Below are positions 10,501 through 19,522 of a DNA stretch of 64,000 bases, one piece after another. The stretch covers positions 3,776,001-3,840,000 of the forward strand of contig OY771506.1 of the NCBI GenBank assembly GCA_963674705.1, read 5' to 3'. A program made the position numbers and the translations under genes. The notes under the pieces are model-generated. The model was not told the DNA's origin, searched no databases, and saw only the letters and a list, made by a program, of their open reading frames with translations. This DNA comes from Phycisphaeraceae bacterium. GTDB lineage: Bacteria; Planctomycetota; Phycisphaerae; Phycisphaerales; Phycisphaeraceae. The first letter of the stretch is position 1, and each line of letters begins with the position of its first letter.

Positions 10501-10571
10501 GGAAACTGCCCGAGAAGTTGCCTGAGGCGATGGAGGCGGCGAAGGCGTTTGCGGCGGAGGCGCTGAAGTAG
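7554..10571 (+). CDS. alaS: Alanine--tRNA ligase, with an internal insertion
   Basis: DPTLLFANAGMNQFK, HHTFFEMLGNWSFGDYFK, LYDTYGFP, editing HxxxH/CGGTH, GGGGGRP C-Ala domain. Confidence 0.98.
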   Translation: MLTASEIRQQYLDYFADKCGHTVVPSSPVVPHDDPTLLFANAGMNQFKPYFLGTEQPPYHRAVDTQKCIRAGGKHNDLEDVGKDTYHHTFFEMLGNWSFGDYFKKEAIDWAWDLLTKVWKIDPERLHATYFEGDKSEGLEPDIEARDLWLRYLPTERVHPGNKKDNFWEMGDTGPCGPCSEIHYDRTPDKSGAKLVNADGQDSVVEIWNLVFIQFNRGTDGKLTPLPAKHVDTGMGFERIVRVLQGKDSNYDTDVFTPLFEAIRKVTGAKPYSGSMEDHTDIAYRILADHIRCLTIALTDGAVPSNEGRGYVLRRILRRAVRHGRQTFGMNEPFFYKLVDAVVDLMGDAFPELKKNPKDVAELIKEEEVSFGKTIDRGIALFEQAAYMGISQALDTGMMQYDLKEHHIYVPEEDMLSKLEPKEKYRYRVKLTLKNDSVIEFEIPMGDVAAQREVLLAHPEFPWQISAEDAFMLYDTYGFPLDLTQVMAEERGMSVDVAGFEKLMDEAREKSRAGGGGGDARQSLVEIVQKGGLPTTEFVGYEKTELPAFQTALHVYRVGTNCGMYKQAEQVEAGKPCAVVVEKTPFYAEAGGQVGDVGVMQVDGGARVKITDTIKVGDVTFHLGEVVAGTLKPASTAKVALAVDKVRRMKIMANHTTTHVMNRALRNHVNKEADQKGSLVDDQKLRFDFSHKAALTEEELAKVEQQVNDDIAKDLPVYTDHVPQKKALKINGLRAVFGEKYPDIVRVVSIGVPVDDLVNKPGNKEWADYSIEFCGGTHLPKTGDAEGFCIVSQEAVSKGVRRVTALTGSEAHKATAEADMLVHRAESLLSASPESLAEQIEAITKTADGSTLPVVSRNRLRALMTELSQKLKQFQKEQGSQAEEAVVDSARKIADESAGPVIVAQVPNADGKTLRNAMDVIRKKHPEAAIFLAADSEGKVALMATVAKDLIGKGLKAGDWIKQVAPVVGGGGGGRPDSAQAGGKLPEKLPEAMEAAKAFAAEALK

Positions 10572-10576
10572 GATCG

Positions 10577-10598
10577 CTTAGCCGCAAGCGGCTTAGAA
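10577..10598. repeat. REP-like palindrome (copy 1)
   Basis: agccgcaagcggcttagaa, shared with the copy at 11586. Confidence 0.65.
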
Positions 10599-10770
10599 GA
10601 GTTATATTAAACATCTGACATCATCGGATTGGTTGGTTGCTTGATGCATACAGATGCAGTTTTTTGCTGCGCGCACCTGTGGCTTCATCTGGCTTTCATG
10701 TTCGGCGTGTCATACTGACGCCGGTTTGATTGGTTGTATGCCTCTAAACCGATGACCGCAGGAACACGCC

Positions 10771-11580
10771 ATGAATGAACTGAATAAAGTCGCTCAGATT
10801 ACGTTGTCCTTCTGGATCATGAAGGTGCTTGCCACCACATTGGGGGAAACAGCTGGGGATATGCTTTCGATGACGCTTGATCTGGGCTACATCGTTGGGC
10901 TGATGATTACCGGCGGTTTTTTGCTTCTGATGCTTGTGATTCAATTACGTGTCAGGCGATTCCACCCGTTGATTTACTGGACAGTCATTATCGGCACGAC
11001 CACGGCCGGGACGGAAGTGTCCGACATGATGGACCGTACTTTCGGACTTGGTTATACAGCCGGGTCGATACTGCTCGTTTGCGGATTATTTGCCACTTTA
11101 GGGGTCTGGCACCTGATCGAGGGCAGGATTGAGGTGTACCCGATTCAGACCACACGCACCGAGTTGCTTTACTGGATCGCGATCCTCTTCTCGAACAGTT
11201 TAGGCACGGCTTTTGGCGACTATCTCAGCGACGATCTTGGACTGAGTTATATCAATGGCGCGTTTGTAACGGCCGGTGTCATCGCGATTGTTCTGGCCGT
11301 GCATTACTTGCCGCGTGTTAACCAGGTCGCGCTGTTCTGGATCGCTTTCATCTTTACCCGCCCGTTTGGTGCTACGTTCGGAGACTTCCTGACGAAACCG
11401 CTTGATAAAGGCGGGATGGACCTGGGCACGATCCCCGCATCGGCGGTGACATTAGTGTTGTTGGGGGTGCTGATGGTTTACAGCCAGATGCGTATGACTC
11501 AGTCATTGGTGCCTGTCGTCGGTGTTGATGTTGCAGATGCGGGGACAAACGAACTGGTTGCCCGGGATTCGTTGGAGTAA
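10771..11580 (+). CDS. COG4705 / DUF347-repeat membrane protein
   Basis: NKVAQITLSFWIMKVLATTLGETAGD and FWIAFIFTRPFGATFGD repeat motifs. Confidence 0.88.
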   Translation: MNELNKVAQITLSFWIMKVLATTLGETAGDMLSMTLDLGYIVGLMITGGFLLLMLVIQLRVRRFHPLIYWTVIIGTTTAGTEVSDMMDRTFGLGYTAGSILLVCGLFATLGVWHLIEGRIEVYPIQTTRTELLYWIAILFSNSLGTAFGDYLSDDLGLSYINGAFVTAGVIAIVLAVHYLPRVNQVALFWIAFIFTRPFGATFGDFLTKPLDKGGMDLGTIPASAVTLVLLGVLMVYSQMRMTQSLVPVVGVDVADAGTNELVARDSLE

Positions 11581-11585
11581 TTGCG

Positions 11586-11607
11586 CTAAGCCGCAAGCGG
11601 CTTAGAA
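11586..11607. repeat. REP-like palindrome (copy 2), possible bidirectional terminator
   Basis: Perfect ctaagccgc-aa-gcggcttag between convergent genes. Confidence 0.65.
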
Positions 11608-11610
11608 AAG

Positions 11611-12312
11611 TTACGGGCTGGGCAGGACGATGGTTTGGCCGTTGGTGAATTCTTGTTCACCGGTGATGCAGTCGCAGATGACTTCGGCGACGGATTCGGG
11701 GGTGAGTGTCTTGTCTTTGGGGATCATTGATTCATCGAACATCGATCGGAGCATCGGCGTTTCAACGGCGCCGGGGGCGACGGCTAGGGCTTTGACGTTG
11801 ATCGGCTCGCCTTCGCGTGCGGTGCATTGGGTGAACATGTTCAGGCCGATCTTGGAGGCGGCGTACGTCGCGAAGCCGGGGAACGGATCGATGCTGGCCA
11901 TGGACGAGATGTTGACGATCATGCCGGCGTTCTGTTCTTTAAACGTCGGCCAGACGGCGTTAGTCAGCATGACGGCGGCGCTGAGATTGATATCGATCGT
12001 CTTACGCCAGTGCTCGAGTGTAACCTCCTCGATCGGCAACACCTCGGCATAGCCTGCGGCATGCACCAGCACGTCGATTCTACCGAAGCTGGCGATCACA
12101 TCTTCGATCAACATCGTTACCGCATCGGGATCGGCGACGTCGGCGGGGTAGACGAAGGTATCACCTTCGACGGACTCGGCGGTCTGCTCCAGCATCTCGC
12201 GACGGCGTGAAACGAGTACGACACAGTAACCATCGAAACCGAGTCGCTGCGCGACCGCACGCCCGATGCCGCTGCCTGCCCCGGTCACGATTGCGATCTT
12301 GTTTTCAGACAT
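11611..12312 (-). CDS. Short-chain dehydrogenase/reductase
   Basis: TGAGSGIG, NISS, YAASK. Confidence 0.93.
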   Translation of the reverse strand: MSENKIAIVTGAGSGIGRAVAQRLGFDGYCVVLVSRRREMLEQTAESVEGDTFVYPADVADPDAVTMLIEDVIASFGRIDVLVHAAGYAEVLPIEEVTLEHWRKTIDINLSAAVMLTNAVWPTFKEQNAGMIVNISSMASIDPFPGFATYAASKIGLNMFTQCTAREGEPINVKALAVAPGAVETPMLRSMFDESMIPKDKTLTPESVAEVICDCITGEQEFTNGQTIVLPSP

Positions 12313-12475
12313 GGTGAGTCGCCTGTTCTTTTCATCTGATTAACCGGTCACGATAAGGCACAAAATACACAATGGGGCCTTGTCTTGCGATTATCGTATG
12401 CATAGAGCGGGCTGCATTCACTTCTTTTGGGCTGAAAAATGAGAAACCTGCAATCTTGCTGCCTACGATCCGAGC

Positions 12476-13168
12476 ATGATTCAACAAGGCCCAGGCTCGT
12501 TTCCGTTGTTTAAACTGCGTGGCATCCAGGTCAGTGTGCATTGGACCTGGTTCATTGCGGCACTGGTTCTGTACAGAATGTCCGGGCAGGTCAATCCCGC
12601 GTGGTTCATGTTGAGTTATCTCACGCTGTTCGGGATCGTGTTGATGCACGAATTCGGCCATGCGTTTGCGTGCCGATCGGTGGGAGGCAAGGCCGGTGAC
12701 ATCGTGCTCTGGCCGCTGGGAGGTGTGGCATTCGTGCAGCCGCCACCACGTCCCGGGGCGCTGCTGTGGTCGATCGCGGCGGGACCGCTGGTCAACGTCG
12801 TGCTTGTGCCGATCACGATCGGATTGTTTGTTGGGTTCATGTATCTTGTCCCGGATGGTCAGTACCAAGGCCTGGAGATGTACCTCTACATCGTTGCCTG
12901 GACGAACATTGTTTTGCTGGTTTTTAACATCATGCCAGTCTACCCGCTTGACGGCGGGCAGATGCTTCAGGCGATCCTGTGGTACTTCATGGGCCGATCC
13001 AGGAGCCTGCGCGTGGCGGCAACGGTGGGCATCATTATGGCCGTTGTTGTCGGCGGGCTGGCGCTGATGATACAAGATTACTGGATGGTGCTGATCGCGA
13101 TCTTCGTAGGCATGCAGGCGTGGCGAGGCTTAACGATCGCACGCATGCTGGCGATGCATGGACAGTGA
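12476..13168 (+). CDS. Site-2 protease (peptidase M50)
   Basis: HEFGH zinc motif, AGPLVN, NIMPVYPLDGG. Confidence 0.92.
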   Translation: MIQQGPGSFPLFKLRGIQVSVHWTWFIAALVLYRMSGQVNPAWFMLSYLTLFGIVLMHEFGHAFACRSVGGKAGDIVLWPLGGVAFVQPPPRPGALLWSIAAGPLVNVVLVPITIGLFVGFMYLVPDGQYQGLEMYLYIVAWTNIVLLVFNIMPVYPLDGGQMLQAILWYFMGRSRSLRVAATVGIIMAVVVGGLALMIQDYWMVLIAIFVGMQAWRGLTIARMLAMHGQ

Positions 13169-13214
13169 GAAAAAGCAGGAAAGCAGGAAATTGGGAAAGC
13201 ATGAAATAAAATCC

Positions 13215-13255
13215 GGCTAATGGCTAATGGCTAATGGCTAATGGCTAATGGCTAA
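13215..13255. repeat. Tandem heptamer (GGCTAAT)x5 plus a partial unit
   Basis: Read directly; overlaps the 3' end of mqnE. Confidence 0.9.
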
Positions 13256-14398
13256 ATCTTCCGCCACATGCCAATCCGCGCCGTTGCGTTCGATGGGGCG
13301 GTACAACGTGTCACGCTCAACAGGTTCGTAGCCGGCTTCAATGATGGCACGGCGGAGGTCGTTGACGCTGACTTCCTGATGTGTGCCGCCGGATTCGTTG
13401 TCTGACCCGCTTAGTTTGGTGATGTCGTACCAGACGACGGTGCCGTCGATGTCGTTGACGCCGAAGTCGAGCGAGACTTGGGCCATGGGCAGCGTCTGCA
13501 TGATCCAGAAGGCTTTGATGTGGTCGAAGTTGTCGAGCATGAGCCTGCTGACGGCGAGCATGCGCAGATTATCCAGGCCGCTTGGCCCGGGCAGGTGTTC
13601 GAGTTCGGAGCCGTCGGGGAAGAACGGCAGGGGGATCAGCGTTTGGAACCTGCCTGCATGATTGTGTTGTAGCGCTTCATCCTGGGCTTCGCGGAGCATG
13701 CAGAAGTGGTGGGCGCGGTCCTCGATGGATTCGATGTGGCCGTAGAGCATGGTGGCGTTGGTCATCAGACCGAGCTTGTGGGCTTCGCGATGCACATCGA
13801 GCCATTTGTCGCTGCGGATCTTGCCCTTGAACGCTTCATCATGGACGCGATCGTCGAATACTTCAGCGCCGCCGCCGGGCAGCGAACCAAGGCCGGCTTC
13901 CTTGAGGTCAGTCAACACGCCGGCCAAATCCCGGGGGCGTTTACTGATCTTGGCGAGGTGGACGATCTCCACAGCAGTGAATGCCTTGATATGGATCTTC
14001 GGTGCCGCTTCGCGGATCGCGCGCAGCATGTCCGTGTAGTACTCGAACGGTAAGTAGGGGTGCAGCCCGCCGACGATATGCAGTTCGGTCGCACCGGCGG
14101 CAGAGGCTTCGACCGCTTGTTTGGCAACATCCTCGACCGACATTTCATACGCGCCGTCTTCGCCCTTCTTGCGGTAGAACTCGCAGAACTTGCAGGAAAG
14201 CGCGCAGATGTTGGAGTAGTTGATGTGGCGGTTGACGTTGTAGTAGGTGGTTTTGCCGTGCTTCTGGTGGCGGACGCGGTTCGCAAGCTCGCCGATCGTC
14301 CAGATATCTCGCGAACGCAGCATGGTCAGCGCGTCTTCATAGCTGAGACGCTCACCAGCGTTCACCTTCGCGGCAATGGGTTTTAGTAGCTGATCCAT
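13238..14398 (-). CDS. mqnE: Aminofutalosine synthase (CofH/MqnE radical SAM family)
   Basis: NYSNICALSCKFC, ELHIVGG, SLPGGGAE, NFDHIKAFW, GVNDIDGT; start 14398 follows TATGAT-N7. Confidence 0.85.
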   Translation of the reverse strand: MDQLLKPIAAKVNAGERLSYEDALTMLRSRDIWTIGELANRVRHQKHGKTTYYNVNRHINYSNICALSCKFCEFYRKKGEDGAYEMSVEDVAKQAVEASAAGATELHIVGGLHPYLPFEYYTDMLRAIREAAPKIHIKAFTAVEIVHLAKISKRPRDLAGVLTDLKEAGLGSLPGGGAEVFDDRVHDEAFKGKIRSDKWLDVHREAHKLGLMTNATMLYGHIESIEDRAHHFCMLREAQDEALQHNHAGRFQTLIPLPFFPDGSELEHLPGPSGLDNLRMLAVSRLMLDNFDHIKAFWIMQTLPMAQVSLDFGVNDIDGTVVWYDITKLSGSDNESGGTHQEVSVNDLRRAIIEAGYEPVERDTLYRPIERNGADWHVAEDLAISH

Positions 14399-14442
14399 AG
14401 GCAGGATCATAGACCTGAGATCGATGGCGGGCAATCCCCACA

Positions 14443-15537
14443 CTATGGGCTCTTCTGTTGCTTGGATTCTCTGATCGCCTGCTGGATTTCTTCGGACAAC
14501 GGAGCGAGGTCGGTGACGATATCGGTTTCGTCAAGGACTTTGAGTAAGGTTTGGCTGGTGAGGATGGCTTTGAGGATGTCGGCGGTCTCGCCGTTTTCGA
14601 GTGTGTCGCAGAGTGCTTCGTCTTCACGGAGCATTTTCAGCGCTTCCTGCACGGAGGGACGGTCTTCGACACGTTTCATGGCAGGATGCTTGAGGAATTT
14701 ATCGCGCGTCACCGGATCGTTCACGACGGTCATGCTGTCGGAAAGCATCGCCAGGAATTCGGTTTGGCTAAGCGGATTGGTCGAGTCGACCAGGTCGCCG
14801 ATCGCGCTGTCGTGGGTTTTCTGGGCGGACGAGACGATCCATGTGGAGACGGGATTGGCCTTTGCTTCGCCGGTTTGCGCTAAACTTATCGCGGCCAGCG
14901 GCTCGAGTGCCAGCAGCGCCCAGACTGCCAGGCAGACGAGGAATACGCCTTCGACAAGGCCAAGCCCCGCTCCAACCAGGCGGTCATAGGATTTCCATCG
15001 CTCAGCCTTCTTGAATTTGCGCTTGATCAGGACCTGCAGGGCGGTGGTGACAAGAAGGAAAACGAGAAGCGAACAGATGCCGATGCTGATCGCGCGGTTG
15101 AGCAAGCCGCCGCTGCCCAACAGGTCGGCAAAGATGCCTTCCATCGCTTTGCCCGCGGGGATGCCGACGAGTGTGCCTGCGATCAGGCCGCCGAGCAGAG
15201 CACCGATTTTCGCTGCGCCGATGAGGTAGCCGTTGATGATGCCCAGCGCGATGAAGAGGGCGAAGATGAACAGGATGCCGTCACCGAACAGGTATGACCC
15301 GATCAGTGCGAGGCCGAGGACGAAGAGCCCAATGCGAGGGGATAGCAGGAAACCGAGTGGCAGTCGGCGTTTTGTCTTTTCTGTTGTGGCAGGTTCTACC
15401 GGCGCTGGAGCATGTGCGGTCTGCTGCTTCTGTCGCTGCTGTTCGTAGCAGGCCATGCAGTAATAGCGACCCCGCGCGTCCTTGGTTCGTGGACGATTAG
15501 AGCAATCCTCGCCGCAGATGACACAGATTTTTGGCAT
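14443..15537 (-). CDS. CvpA-family membrane protein with N-terminal Cys4 zinc finger
   Basis: CVIC...CMAC N-terminus; DRLVGAGLGLVEG CvpA motif; several TM helices. Confidence 0.7.
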   Translation of the reverse strand: MPKICVICGEDCSNRPRTKDARGRYYCMACYEQQRQKQQTAHAPAPVEPATTEKTKRRLPLGFLLSPRIGLFVLGLALIGSYLFGDGILFIFALFIALGIINGYLIGAAKIGALLGGLIAGTLVGIPAGKAMEGIFADLLGSGGLLNRAISIGICSLLVFLLVTTALQVLIKRKFKKAERWKSYDRLVGAGLGLVEGVFLVCLAVWALLALEPLAAISLAQTGEAKANPVSTWIVSSAQKTHDSAIGDLVDSTNPLSQTEFLAMLSDSMTVVNDPVTRDKFLKHPAMKRVEDRPSVQEALKMLREDEALCDTLENGETADILKAILTSQTLLKVLDETDIVTDLAPLSEEIQQAIRESKQQKSP

Positions 15538-15562
15538 ACGGTTGTTCACTAATATTACGTCT

Positions 15563-16708
15563 TCATGGTACGTGCATAATCTGCGGAAAGGTTAATTCGT
15601 ATGTTTCGTGATTGATCGGTCTGCCGATTGCGACAACGGGGCTGCGGCCTTTGGCAACCAGAGCGATCTGGTCCTTCTCGACGTTATAGATACAAATCTG
15701 ATCATCTCCCAGTTGGAAAATGATTGTGTTACGGTTGATCTGCGTTGCACAGCGAACAGGCCATGATACGACAGGTGTCTCAAGGCTACGATGGATTCTT
15801 TCATCTGTGTCTGTATTTTTCGCGGAAAACCCCTCGATCGGCCAGAAACCAACATAGAAAGACCAGGGACTATCCTTTGCGGCCTTCATTTGCGCGACTG
15901 GTCCAAAACTGAACCATGTGCCTTGGATATACTCTGCGCCACGATTGTCATCCCATTGTGAATTGATCGCGGCGTCGAGTGCGAAGTCTTTCTTGACCGT
16001 TATCCATGTAAAATCACGTGTATTGGCACCCATCAATTGTGCCATCAGGTCAACGCCATCTGGATTGGCTTTGGAGGGAAGAACAGTCAGGTAATCGCCG
16101 TAGATGTTGTTGACCGAATTCAGGTCATAGACGAGTGTGTCGCTGCTTACATTCAATAGTCTTGTATAGACATCACCGTCATTGGCATCGATATAGTAAA
16201 GATGCATATCTTCAGGCAGACCAAATTCTTCCAGTGCAACCACGGTGGGTCCCGTGTACAGGGAAGTGCCACTGGCTGAATAGAAACAGGAGAACATGCA
16301 GATATACGACACCGTTTGTGTCAGCAGTGTGCCCTTGATTGCTTTGCTGAACCACTTCGGAGCACCTGCAAATGTGAGCATGATGAAAGGTAGTTCCGCC
16401 AGAAGCGTGATGCCGAAGGTTGTCAGTATGGCAATTGTGAACAGCTTTTGGATATCGTTGATGTCTGGCGAGGGGACCAGCGCTACCAGGCCGTGTTTCA
16501 GAAACTGCATTCCAAGCCAGGCAGACAAGTAGTTGGCCAGGATCAGCAGGATGATTGATCTGCCCGGTTTTGCTTTGAAAAGCCAGAACAGGATTACGCC
16601 TTCGAGCAGGCCGATGATCGCGTTACCGAAGGCCATGTACAACATGCCGGCCCACATCAGCGGTGTGCCGGCGTTGGCGAGGGTCGGCGTCAGAAAGTGG
16701 TCGATCAC
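15563..16708 (-). CDS. Hypothetical membrane protein with C-terminal soluble domain
   Basis: Long ORF; ANAGTPLMW start region; TM segments; start uncertain (GTG 16708). Confidence 0.65.
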   Translation of the reverse strand: MIDHFLTPTLANAGTPLMWAGMLYMAFGNAIIGLLEGVILFWLFKAKPGRSIILLILANYLSAWLGMQFLKHGLVALVPSPDINDIQKLFTIAILTTFGITLLAELPFIMLTFAGAPKWFSKAIKGTLLTQTVSYICMFSCFYSASGTSLYTGPTVVALEEFGLPEDMHLYYIDANDGDVYTRLLNVSSDTLVYDLNSVNNIYGDYLTVLPSKANPDGVDLMAQLMGANTRDFTWITVKKDFALDAAINSQWDDNRGAEYIQGTWFSFGPVAQMKAAKDSPWSFYVGFWPIEGFSAKNTDTDERIHRSLETPVVSWPVRCATQINRNTIIFQLGDDQICIYNVEKDQIALVAKGRSPVVAIGRPINHETYELTFPQIMHVP

Positions 16709-16773
16709 GAGGGTGTCCCCAAGAATCAAAGAATGTAATGGGTATTCTACCCGATCGAAGTGGCTGAATGCTG

Positions 16774-16810
16774 CTAGACCCCGAACCCTGGACCCCATAC
16801 CCTATTCCCT
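16774..16810. repeat. Degenerate heptamer array (CTAGACC-type) upstream of acpS
   Basis: ctagacc ccgaacc ctggacc ccatacc ctattcc; related units at 17222-17240 and inverted at 41513-41548. Confidence 0.6.
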
Positions 16811-17194
16811 ATGCAGATCATCGGACACGGCATCGATATCGTGGAATCGGCCCGGGTGGCGAAGATGGTGGAGGACCATCAGGACCGCTTCCTCAAGCGC
16901 TGCTTCACGCAGGGGGAGCTGGATTACGTTGCAGCCAACCCGATGCGGCAGGCGGAGCACCTGGCGGGGCGGTTCGCGGCCAAGGAGGCGATCCTCAAGG
17001 TGCTGGGCACTGGTTGGAGCAACGGGATCGCCTGGACCGATGCTGAAGTAGTGCGGGAACCATCCGGCAAGCCGGGCGTCCTATTGCACGGCCGATGTAC
17101 CGAGATAGCGGCTGAACTGGGGATCACCCAGTGGCACCTGAGCATCAGCCACTCCGGCGGGTACGCGACAGCCAGTGCGATCGGCGTTGGTTAA
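16811..17194 (+). CDS. acpS: Holo-[acyl-carrier-protein] synthase
   Basis: GHGIDIVE, LAGRFAAKEA, HLSISHS. Confidence 0.95.
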   Translation: MQIIGHGIDIVESARVAKMVEDHQDRFLKRCFTQGELDYVAANPMRQAEHLAGRFAAKEAILKVLGTGWSNGIAWTDAEVVREPSGKPGVLLHGRCTEIAAELGITQWHLSISHSGGYATASAIGVG

Positions 17195-17252
17195 TTTACA
17201 TCACCGTTTGCTGTAACCTGACCCTAGACCCCAGACCCCATATAATCCCCAC

Positions 17253-17969
17253 ATGAGCAGACGCCGGGACAACACGCCGCCATTTGAGATCATGGGCAGC
17301 CGGAGCAAGCCCAGCCAGGCTTCTGGCGGTGGCTCGCGGCCGACATCAGCCTTCGGGGCGGGGATTGGCGGGGTGATCAAGTCGATCACGGATGCCTGGC
17401 ACAGGTCTGCCAGCGAGCCGTTGACGCTGCGGGTGCCGCGTGGGATGGCCTTGGCGCTGATCGGGGGGCTGCTGGGGCTGCTGATCCTGTCCTACTGGGT
17501 GGGCTACGGCCGGGGGCATTCGGCGATGAAGAAGGAATTCGAGCAGATTTACCCGTCTGATTATGCTGAAGGCGGATATGCACCGCCGGATCGGGGCTCG
17601 GAAGGGGGCGTGGGGACTCAGAATCAGGGATCGGGGGACCAGAGCATCAATTCCAAGCTCCAGGATCCCAGGCGGTTGGATTTTAATTACCTGTGCGTGG
17701 CCCGGTATCCGCAGAGGGAGGCAGAGCGGCTCAAACGCTTCCTGGAGGGGCGTGGAGTTGAAGTATTTGTCACTCCTAGTAATAATGAGGGGCTCTGCCA
17801 GGTGATTGTCCTGAAAGGCTTCAAAGCCGATGAGGCGGACGCCAGGGAGCGATTCCGGGCAGAGTGCTTGGCCCTTGGCCGAGAATGGAAGGCGTTCAAC
17901 AACGGCCGGGGGGATGACCTGAGCACGATGTACTTCGATAAATTCGAAGAAGATGATGTCCCGCATTGA
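17253..17969 (+). CDS. Hypothetical single-pass membrane protein (possible SPOR-like C-terminus)
   Basis: One TM helix, Gly-rich linker; TATAAT 6 nt before ATG. Confidence 0.65.
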   Translation: MSRRRDNTPPFEIMGSRSKPSQASGGGSRPTSAFGAGIGGVIKSITDAWHRSASEPLTLRVPRGMALALIGGLLGLLILSYWVGYGRGHSAMKKEFEQIYPSDYAEGGYAPPDRGSEGGVGTQNQGSGDQSINSKLQDPRRLDFNYLCVARYPQREAERLKRFLEGRGVEVFVTPSNNEGLCQVIVLKGFKADEADARERFRAECLALGREWKAFNNGRGDDLSTMYFDKFEEDDVPH

Positions 17970-18011
17970 ATAGCAAACTGAACAGAAGATACCCCAGCCC
18001 CTGAGACTACC

Positions 18012-18218
18012 ATGAGCATCGACCGCAGCCTCAAGACAGCCGGCAACCTGAACCGCCACCGTAACGTCCTGACCCGTGACGAGCGTATCGCCAAGCTCGC
18101 GGCCAAGGGACAGTTCGATAAGGATCAAAGCGATCCCCTGGGCCTGCCCAAGGTCGGCAACCGCAAGGTTGTTGCCGGTGGTAAGAGCAAGAAGAAGAAG
18201 ACCGACGAAGCGGAATAA
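18012..18218 (+). CDS. Small basic protein of the PVC superphylum (TIGR04137-like)
   Basis: MSIDRSLK...RHRNVLTRDERI...PLGLPKV. Confidence 0.85.
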   Translation: MSIDRSLKTAGNLNRHRNVLTRDERIAKLAAKGQFDKDQSDPLGLPKVGNRKVVAGGKSKKKKTDEAE

Positions 18219-18337
18219 CAAGTAATCTCTTCGGCCGGTGAGGTCGGTGGATTGCTGTAGATATCGCGCGGTCCTGTCGGTGTATTTTTGTTTAATGACT
18301 TTGTTCATTCACGCCTCACAAAGGGCGTTCATCTACC

Positions 18338-19495
18338 ATGTTTGACCCCAGCCGCTTTGTCGCCGACCGCACCCGCGCGGTGGACGCTTCGGGTATCCGC
18401 AAAGTCTTTGACCTTGCCGCGACGCTCGAAGACCCGATCGATCTGTCCATCGGCCAGCCCGACTTCGATGTCCCTGACCAGATCAAGAAAGCTGCGATCA
18501 ACGCGATCGAACAGGGTTTCAACAAGTACACCCAGACGCAAGGCATCGCGCCGCTGGTCGCTCAGATCAAGGACAAGCTGGCGCATCGCTATCCCAATCT
18601 CGGTGACGACTACGGCCTGCTGGTGACCTCGGGTGTGTCCGGGGCGCTGGCGCTGCTGATGGCGTCGTGCGTCCAGCCGGGCGATGAGGTGCTGATCCCC
18701 GATCCGTACTTCATGATGTACAAACACCTCGTGAAGCTGGCCGGCGGCAAGCCGGTGTTCGTCGATACATATCCCGACTTCCAACTGCGCCCCGAGCGGA
18801 TCGAGCCGTTGATTAACGAACGGACGAAGATGCTGTTCTTCAATTCGCCGTCGAACCCGACCGGCGTGGTGGCGACACCCGAAGTATGTAAACAAGTCGC
18901 AGACATTGCGGACAAGCACGGCATCCTGCTGATAACGGACGAGATCTACGACGAGTTCTGTTACGAGAAGGTGGACGACCCGAACCATCCGGGTGAAAAG
19001 ATTGTGCCTTCGCCTTTGGATTACAATCGCAATGCGCTGTTGATGAAGGGTTATTCCAAGAGCTACGCGATGACGGGCTGGCGGCTGGGGTATGTCGCCG
19101 GGCCGAAAGAAGTCGTAGCAGCGATGGCGAAGCTGCAGCAGTATTCGTTCGTCTGCGCGCCGTCGGTGACGCAGGCGGCGGGGGCGATCGCGTTCGGCGT
19201 GGATGTGTCCGACCTGGTCGAGCAGTACCGTAAGAAGCGTGATTACGTCGTCGAACGGCTAAGCGGCCATTATGAACTGACCACGCCGGGCGGCGCGTTC
19301 TACGCCTTCCCGAAGGTGCCGGATAAACTCGGCCTCAGCGGCACCGACTTCGTCAAACGAGCGATCGAAAAGAGCCTGCTGGTCATCCCCGGCGGCGTCT
19401 TCAGCGAACGCGACACCCACTTCCGACTCAGCTACGCCTGCGATGACAAACGGCTCGAGCGCGGGTTGGATGTGTTGGTGGAACTGGCGAAGTAA
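18338..19495 (+). CDS. PLP-dependent aminotransferase class I/II
   Basis: NSPSNPTG, DEIYD, SKSYAMTGWRLG. Confidence 0.93.
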   Translation: MFDPSRFVADRTRAVDASGIRKVFDLAATLEDPIDLSIGQPDFDVPDQIKKAAINAIEQGFNKYTQTQGIAPLVAQIKDKLAHRYPNLGDDYGLLVTSGVSGALALLMASCVQPGDEVLIPDPYFMMYKHLVKLAGGKPVFVDTYPDFQLRPERIEPLINERTKMLFFNSPSNPTGVVATPEVCKQVADIADKHGILLITDEIYDEFCYEKVDDPNHPGEKIVPSPLDYNRNALLMKGYSKSYAMTGWRLGYVAGPKEVVAAMAKLQQYSFVCAPSVTQAAGAIAFGVDVSDLVEQYRKKRDYVVERLSGHYELTTPGGAFYAFPKVPDKLGLSGTDFVKRAIEKSLLVIPGGVFSERDTHFRLSYACDDKRLERGLDVLVELAK

Positions 19496-19522
19496 CAAGT
19501 CCTAATCAGTGCCTGTATTCCT

